64,000 nt of DNA. It comes from an uncultured Phascolarctobacterium sp. GTDB lineage: Bacteria > Bacillota > Negativicutes > Acidaminococcales > Acidaminococcaceae. The notes beneath the pieces were generated by a model. It was not told the DNA's origin. It worked only from the letters and a program-made list of their open reading frames with translations, and did not search any database. The translations under genes were made by a program, and so were the position numbers. The stretch spans positions 53,239 to 117,238 of the forward strand of contig CASEIL010000005.1 in NCBI GenBank assembly GCA_949288065.1, given 5' to 3'. Positions within the stretch are counted from its first letter, which is position 1. Every line of letters begins with the position of its first letter. This document shows, in pieces, positions 58,834 to 64,000 of the stretch.

Positions 58834-58862
58834 TTGACAGATTTGTAAATAACGTGTATTAT
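58834..58862 (+). promoter_or_regulatory. sigma-A promoter of the metNIQ leader
   Basis: TTGACA-17 bp (ending TG)-TATTAT. Confidence 0.75.
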
Positions 58863-58886
58863 TGGTACATCAACTTCATACAAACA

Positions 58887-59028
58887 TTCATCAAGAGTAG
58901 CCGAGGGACTGGCCCTATGACGCTACGGCAACCATCCACTGTGAAACGGTGCCAAATCCAACGGAGCATTCCGGCAGATGAAAGAGGTAATTAAAACTTG
59001 TGCCCTTCACCTGCGTGAAGGGTTTTTT
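58887..59028 (+). ncRNA. SAM-I (S-box) riboswitch with terminator
   Basis: TTCATCAAGAG..GAGGGACTGGCCC.ATGA..GGCAACC..GGTGCCAAATCC..AGATGAA; terminator CCCTTCAC-ctgc-GTGAAGGG-T6 at 59003-59028. Confidence 0.96.
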
Positions 59029-59059
59029 AATACCTATTGATGAAAGAAAGAGGAACGCT

Positions 59060-60097
59060 ATGATTGAATTACGCAATGTAGAAAAAACTTACCACACCGC
59101 GTCGGGCGACATACACGCCTTAAAACGCACCAACTTAACGATTGAGCAGGGCGAAATTTTCGGCATCATCGGTCTTTCCGGCGCCGGCAAAAGCACCCTT
59201 ATCCGCTGCATTAACATGCTGGAAGAACCTACCGCCGGGCAGGTTTTTGTAGACGGCGAGGAACTGACCGCCATGACGGAAACGCAGCTGCGCAAGGCGC
59301 GCCAGAACATCGGCATGATATTCCAGCACTTTAACCTTCTTGCCAGCCGCACGGTGTATGCCAACATCGCCTTCCCGCTGGAAATTCAGGGGCTCAGCAA
59401 AGACGAAATTAAAAAGCGCGTGGAGCCGCTTTTAGACTTAGTGCAGCTGCGCGAACGCGCCGACCACTACCCCAGCCAGCTATCCGGCGGCCAAAAGCAG
59501 CGCGTAGGCATTGCCCGCGCCCTGGCCAGCAACCCGAAGGTGCTGCTGTGCGACGAAGCGACAAGCGCGCTCGACCCGCAGACCACCAAATCCATCCTTA
59601 ACCTTTTGCGCGACATTAACAAGCGCTTAAACCTTACCATAGTAATGATTACGCACCAGATGGAAGTTGTAAAGGAAATTTGCGACCGCGTAGCCGTAAT
59701 TGAAAACGGCACTATTATTGAGGAAGGCAAAATGGTGGATGTATTCACCCACCCGCAGAACCCCACCACCAAAGACTTCGTTAAAAGCGTTAACAAGCTG
59801 GAGCTGCCGGAGGCCTTCCGCGAAACGCCGGTGCAGCAAACCTACTTTGAAGGCAGCAGCATGGTGGTGCGCCTGTCCTTCTTCGGCGGCAACGCCGATA
59901 AGCCGATTGTATCCGGCATGATTAAGGAATGCGGCGTGGACGCCAACATTTTAAGCGGCAACCTTGACGAATTGAAGGACCGCATTTACGGCAACCTGCT
60001 GATTGTAATTGAAGGCACTAAGGCCGAGCTGGAAGCCGCACAGGGCTACCTGGCGCGCCAGAACCTTACTGTGGAGGTACTTGGATATGTCAAATGA
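59060..60097 (+). CDS. metN: Methionine ABC transporter ATPase
   Basis: GLSGAGKS, FQHFNLL, LSGGQKQRV, CDEATSALDP, NIL domain. Confidence 0.96.
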   Translation: MIELRNVEKTYHTASGDIHALKRTNLTIEQGEIFGIIGLSGAGKSTLIRCINMLEEPTAGQVFVDGEELTAMTETQLRKARQNIGMIFQHFNLLASRTVYANIAFPLEIQGLSKDEIKKRVEPLLDLVQLRERADHYPSQLSGGQKQRVGIARALASNPKVLLCDEATSALDPQTTKSILNLLRDINKRLNLTIVMITHQMEVVKEICDRVAVIENGTIIEEGKMVDVFTHPQNPTTKDFVKSVNKLELPEAFRETPVQQTYFEGSSMVVRLSFFGGNADKPIVSGMIKECGVDANILSGNLDELKDRIYGNLLIVIEGTKAELEAAQGYLARQNLTVEVLGYVK

Positions 60098-60746
60098 AAT
60101 GATTGAGCTTTTAATAAAATCCTTTTGGGAAACAGGCTACATGGTTGTGGCCTCCACCATTCTTGCCAGCCTTATCGGCATACCGCTGGGCATTATTTTA
60201 ACCGTTACGCGCAAAAACCACATTTTGCCTAACGCCGCTGTTAACTCCGTGCTGGGCGTAATTGTTAACGCCACACGTTCCACCCCGTTTATTATTTTAA
60301 TGGTAGCCATCATCCCGCTGACGCGTATGCTGGTTGGTTCGTCCATCGGCACCACGGCAGCCATTGTGCCGCTGACGATTTCCGCAGCGCCGTTTATTGC
60401 CAGGGTTATCGAATCTTCGCTTTTAGAAATTAACCCCGGCGTTATTGAAGCCGCGCAGAGCATGGGCGCAAGCCCCCTGCAAATCATTACCAAGGTGCTG
60501 CTGCCGGAATCCTTACATTCCATTGTTTTAGGCATTACGCTGGCGGTTATCGCGCTCATCGGCTATTCCGCCATGGCGGGCGTTTTAGGCGGCGGCGGTT
60601 TGGGCGACCTTGCCATCCGCTACGGCTACCAGCGCTTTCAGCCCGACGTAATGATTGTAACCGTTGTTATTTTGATTTTGCTGGTGCAGGCCATTCAGTA
60701 CCTGGGTGACACGCTCAGCAAAAAGCTTAATAAAAATAAATTGTAA
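60087..60746 (+). CDS. metI: Methionine ABC permease
   Basis: RSTPFIILM, GYSAMAG..GGGGLGDLAIRYGYQRF. Confidence 0.96.
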   Translation: MSNEMIELLIKSFWETGYMVVASTILASLIGIPLGIILTVTRKNHILPNAAVNSVLGVIVNATRSTPFIILMVAIIPLTRMLVGSSIGTTAAIVPLTISAAPFIARVIESSLLEINPGVIEAAQSMGASPLQIITKVLLPESLHSIVLGITLAVIALIGYSAMAGVLGGGGLGDLAIRYGYQRFQPDVMIVTVVILILLVQAIQYLGDTLSKKLNKNKL

Positions 60747-60771
60747 TTAATTGCATTGGAGGAGAAAAGAG

Positions 60772-61596
60772 ATGACCAAAGTACAAAGAATTTTAGCAGC
60801 CCTTGCCATCGGCACCTTAGCATTAGGCGTATTCGGCTGCGGCGGCGAAGAAAAAAAGGCCGCTGACACTAACGCACCCATTAAAGTAGGCGTAACCGCA
60901 GGCCCCCACGCCGAAATTTTTGACGAGGTGAAAAAGCTGGCCGCCAAGGACGGTTTAACCATTGAGGTTGTGGAGTTTAACGATTATGTAACCCCTAACA
61001 TTGCCTTACAGGAAGGCGAGCTGTTTGCCAACAGCACCCAGCACCGCCCCTACCTTGACGCTACGCTTGAAAAAGAGCCCGGCTTTGAACTGGCCGAAGC
61101 ATTTAAAACCGTAAACTTCCCCATGGCTGTGTACAGCGATAAAATTAAAAAGGGCGAGCCCATCCCCGATGGCGCTACCATCGGCATCCCGAACGACCCC
61201 TCTAACGGCGGCAGGGCACTGCTGCTTTTGGCAGAACAAAAGCTGATTGAAGTTAAGGATATGAACAACGTAACCACTTCCGTGGCAGATATTACCGGCA
61301 ACCCGCACAACTACCAGTTCCTTGAGCTGGACGCAGCCACCATTCCCCACAGCCTGCCGGACGTAACCGTAGCCGTTATTAACGCCAACTACGCGCTGCC
61401 CGCAGGGCTGAACCCGGTGAAAGACAGCCTGATGGTTGAAGGCGCAGCCAGCCCGTTTGTAAACATTGTAGCCGTTAAAAAACAAAACCTTAACGACCCG
61501 CGCGTTAAACAGCTGCAAAAAATTTACCAGTCCGAAGATTTAGCCAAATTCATCGACGAGCACTTCCAGGGTTCCGTAACCGTAGGCTGGAAATAA
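60772..61596 (+). CDS. metQ: Methionine-binding lipoprotein (MetQ/NlpA)
   Basis: Lipobox VFGC; FNDYVTPN, IPNDPSNGGRAL, INANYA. Confidence 0.95.
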   Translation: MTKVQRILAALAIGTLALGVFGCGGEEKKAADTNAPIKVGVTAGPHAEIFDEVKKLAAKDGLTIEVVEFNDYVTPNIALQEGELFANSTQHRPYLDATLEKEPGFELAEAFKTVNFPMAVYSDKIKKGEPIPDGATIGIPNDPSNGGRALLLLAEQKLIEVKDMNNVTTSVADITGNPHNYQFLELDAATIPHSLPDVTVAVINANYALPAGLNPVKDSLMVEGAASPFVNIVAVKKQNLNDPRVKQLQKIYQSEDLAKFIDEHFQGSVTVGWK

Positions 61597-61607
61597 CAAC
61601 ACAAAAT

Positions 61608-61634
61608 AAAAAAGCGTCCGCAAGGGCGCTTTTT
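61608..61634 (+). terminator. terminator after metQ
   Basis: AAAAAAGCGTCC-gcaa-GGGCGCTTTTT. Confidence 0.8.
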
Positions 61635-61650
61635 GTTTGAGGTGAACCTG

Positions 61651-62460
61651 ATGCCAAAACTTTTTAAACTTTTACTTTTTGTATTTATGCTATGCCTGCC
61701 CCTTGCCGCTTACGCGGATGCCGTGGACAACGGCAAAAGCAGCAACAGTTTAGACGATGTATTTAACCGTTATAACGCCAACGGCACGATGGTGATTTAC
61801 GACGTGAAAAACAACGGCTACTACCTGCACAACGCCAAACGCGCAGAGAAGCGTTTTTACCCCGCCAGCACCTTTAAAATTTATAACAGCCTGATTGCGT
61901 TAAGCGAGGGCGTGGTTAAAGACGCCGGCGAAGTATTTTACCATTATAGCGGCGAGCCGGTGTTTTTGGAAAGCTGGAAGGCTGACGCCAGCCTGCGCAG
62001 CGCGATAAAACTATCCCAAGTGCCTGCCTATAAAGAACTTGCCCGCCGCATCGGCTTAGAACGTATGCAAAATAACATTAACAAGCTGCACTTCGGCAAC
62101 CAAAAGCTGGGTAATAAAATAGACAGTTTCTGGCTGGAAGGGCCGCTTAAAATAAGCGCACTGGAACAGGTGCAGCTTTTAACAAAACTTGCGCAGCATA
62201 AGCTGCCTTTTAGCGAAGAAACACAGGCGCAGGTTTGTGATATTACCGTTTTGCAAAAAGCGCCTGCTTACACGCTGCACGGCAAAACCGGCTGGGCGAC
62301 GGATAATATAAAAACGCCCGTAGGCTGGTTCGTCGGCTGGGTGGAAGCAAAAGGCAACACTTATGTTTTTGCGCTGAATATGGATTTGGCAGACGCCCAA
62401 AACCTGCCCCAGCGCGAAGAAATTGCGCTGGAGTGTTTAAAAGCCGTTAAGGCAATTTAA
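61651..62460 (+). CDS. blaOXA: Class D beta-lactamase (OXA-type)
   Basis: Signal peptide; PASTFK, SQV, FGN, FWLEGPL, HGKTG, GWFVGWVE, FALN. Confidence 0.9.
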   Translation: MPKLFKLLLFVFMLCLPLAAYADAVDNGKSSNSLDDVFNRYNANGTMVIYDVKNNGYYLHNAKRAEKRFYPASTFKIYNSLIALSEGVVKDAGEVFYHYSGEPVFLESWKADASLRSAIKLSQVPAYKELARRIGLERMQNNINKLHFGNQKLGNKIDSFWLEGPLKISALEQVQLLTKLAQHKLPFSEETQAQVCDITVLQKAPAYTLHGKTGWATDNIKTPVGWFVGWVEAKGNTYVFALNMDLADAQNLPQREEIALECLKAVKAI

Positions 62461-62978
62461 TTTTTTAAATCCAATCGCATAATGTAGTCCGTCTGCGCGT
62501 CGTCGCCGATGACGAAGGTATGCGTGCTGATTTTGTAAAAGCCATTCTTGTTGTAAAAACGGATGGCTTTTTCGTTTTTCTCCCACACGCCCAGCCACAC
62601 ATAGCTTTTGCCCTGCTCACGCGCCAAGGTAAGCGCCTTATCCATCAGCGCCTGCCCCACGCCCCTGCCGTGGAATTCCGGCGCGGCGTAAATGCGTTCC
62701 AGCTCCAAAGCATCAGCATCATTAAGCTCCGTCTGCGCACCGGCGGCGTTAAGTTTAAGGTAGCCCGCCATTTTGCCATCTGCGTAAGCAAAATAAAAGG
62801 CAGAGTTTTCGTTCAGCAGTTCCGCACGGATTTGCTCTGCGCTGAAAGCCGTTTTTAAGTACGCCGCCATATTTTCGGGCGTGTTTAAATCCGCAAAGGT
62901 TTTATAAAAAATATCGGCCGCAAAATGCCGCAGCGTGTCGGCATCATCAAGCGTGCACTTTTTAAATTCTATCTGCAA
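62457..62978 (-). CDS. GNAT acetyltransferase (PaiA-like)
   Basis: GYLKLN..AQTE, ELERIY, GRGVG, WLGVWEKNEKAIRFY, QTDYIM. Confidence 0.9.
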   Translation of the reverse strand: MQIEFKKCTLDDADTLRHFAADIFYKTFADLNTPENMAAYLKTAFSAEQIRAELLNENSAFYFAYADGKMAGYLKLNAAGAQTELNDADALELERIYAAPEFHGRGVGQALMDKALTLAREQGKSYVWLGVWEKNEKAIRFYNKNGFYKISTHTFVIGDDAQTDYIMRLDLKN

Positions 62979-63116
62979 AGCGTATTCCTCCTTTGGTTAA
63001 TGCCCTCATTTTAGCACATCCCCGCCGCGCGGGCAATGCTGAAGTGCGCTTTAAATTTACATCCCGCCGCGGGCGGATTATAATTAAGGTAGCAGTTTAA
63101 CGAAAGAAGGGATATT

Positions 63117-64000
63117 ATGTTGGGCGAGGACATTAAAAAACTGGGCTTTGGGCTGATGCGCCTGCCGCAGAAGGACGGCGCGATTGATATTGAACAGACG
63201 AAGCAGATGGTTGATATGTTTTTGGAAGCAGGCTTTACCTATTTTGATACGGCGTGGGCGTACCCCGGCAGCGAGGACGCTATCCGTCAGGCGCTGGTGG
63301 AGCGCTACCCGCGTAATAAGTTTAAGCTGGCCACCAAAAACGCGGCGTGGATTAACTGCAAAACGCGCGAGGAAGCCGTCAGCCAGTTTGAAACCAGCTT
63401 AAAGCAGACCGGCACCGGTTACTTTGATTTTTATTTGCTGCATAACCTCGGCGAAAGCCGCACCAAATATTTTGACGATTTTGATATGTGGAGCTTTGTG
63501 GCAGAAAAGAAGGCGGAAGGCCTGATTAAGCACGTTGGTTTTTCGTTCCACTCCACGCCGGAGGAGCTGGACGCGATACTTACCGCGCACCCGGAGATGG
63601 AGTTTGTGCAGCTGCAAATTAACTACGCCGACTGGGATTACCCCGCCGTGCAGAGCCGCCGCTGCTATGAGGTGGCGCGCAAACACAACAAGCCCGTGGT
63701 TATTATGGAGCCTGTGAAGGGCGGCATGCTGGCGAACCCGCCGGAGAGCGTGCAGAAAATTTTGAAGGACGCCGAGCCGGAGATGAGCGTTGCCAGCTGG
63801 GCTATACGCTTCGCCGCGCACCTGGAGGGCGTTATTACCGTGCTGAGCGGCATGAGCAACGTGCAGCAAATGCAGGACAACCTGAGTTATATGAAGGACT
63901 TTAAAGGCCTTACCAGCGCCGAAGAGGCGACGCTGAAACAGGCGCAGGAGGAGCTGGCGCGCATACCCCTCATCCCCTGCACAACCTGCAATTACTGCGC
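63117..64000 (+). CDS. Aldo/keto reductase with C-terminal 4Fe-4S motif; runs off the window
   Basis: Manual translation MLGEDIKKLGFGLMRLP..YFDTAWAY..LATK..YLLH..GFSFH..MEPVKGG..VLSGMS..IPCTTCNYC. Confidence 0.93.
   Translation, partial: MLGEDIKKLGFGLMRLPQKDGAIDIEQTKQMVDMFLEAGFTYFDTAWAYPGSEDAIRQALVERYPRNKFKLATKNAAWINCKTREEAVSQFETSLKQTGTGYFDFYLLHNLGESRTKYFDDFDMWSFVAEKKAEGLIKHVGFSFHSTPEELDAILTAHPEMEFVQLQINYADWDYPAVQSRRCYEVARKHNKPVVIMEPVKGGMLANPPESVQKILKDAEPEMSVASWAIRFAAHLEGVITVLSGMSNVQQMQDNLSYMKDFKGLTSAEEATLKQAQEELARIPLIPCTTCNYC

Noticed and set aside
63184-63880. Short ORFs listed at the right end
   Set aside because: Alternative frames of the aldo/keto reductase, which the ORF track missed because it runs off the window.

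Overview
GC-rich chromosomal window from a diderm Firmicute (Negativicutes; the gene set and protein style suggest Acidaminococcaceae / Phascolarctobacterium-like, which is an inference). About 44 kb (11.9-56.1 kb, minus strand) is the known Negativicutes outer-membrane cluster: ompM, murA, mreB, AMIN-NAGPA, spoIVB-like, mlaEFD, tolC, tamB, an alternative sigma factor, bamA, 3x ompH, lpxD/L/C, fabZ, lpxA/I/B, msbA, a waaA-lpxK fusion, kdsBADC, lpxL, lptCAB-FG, DUF3084 and a YqgF-like gene. The left flank has an ABC solute-binding protein, lemA-TPM, CIRCE-controlled hsp20, a motif-dead P1B ATPase, a MerR/SMR pair, APC permease plus PuuD-like hydrolase, two tRNA-Ser genes, a cyclodeaminase and a 5'-nucleotidase. 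The right flank has a CBS-PPase, a motif-dead HisIE coupled to a TrpR-like YerC, SAM-I riboswitch-metNIQ, an OXA-type class D beta-lactamase, a GNAT and an aldo/keto reductase. The most unusual signals are: (1) an AT-rich AAA+/DUF4143/PD-(D/E)XK gene preceded by a 23-bp iteron-like array with alternating A/B units; (2) an AT-rich DUF4274 gene bracketed by inverted hairpin ends, with a long GCGAAGC-capped hairpin next to it; (3) two intact pseudo-enzymes; (4) frame breaks in tamB (at an in-phase C_CCT_TTA heptamer) and ompM (SLH deletion). All calls come from reading motifs by eye; no database searches were run.
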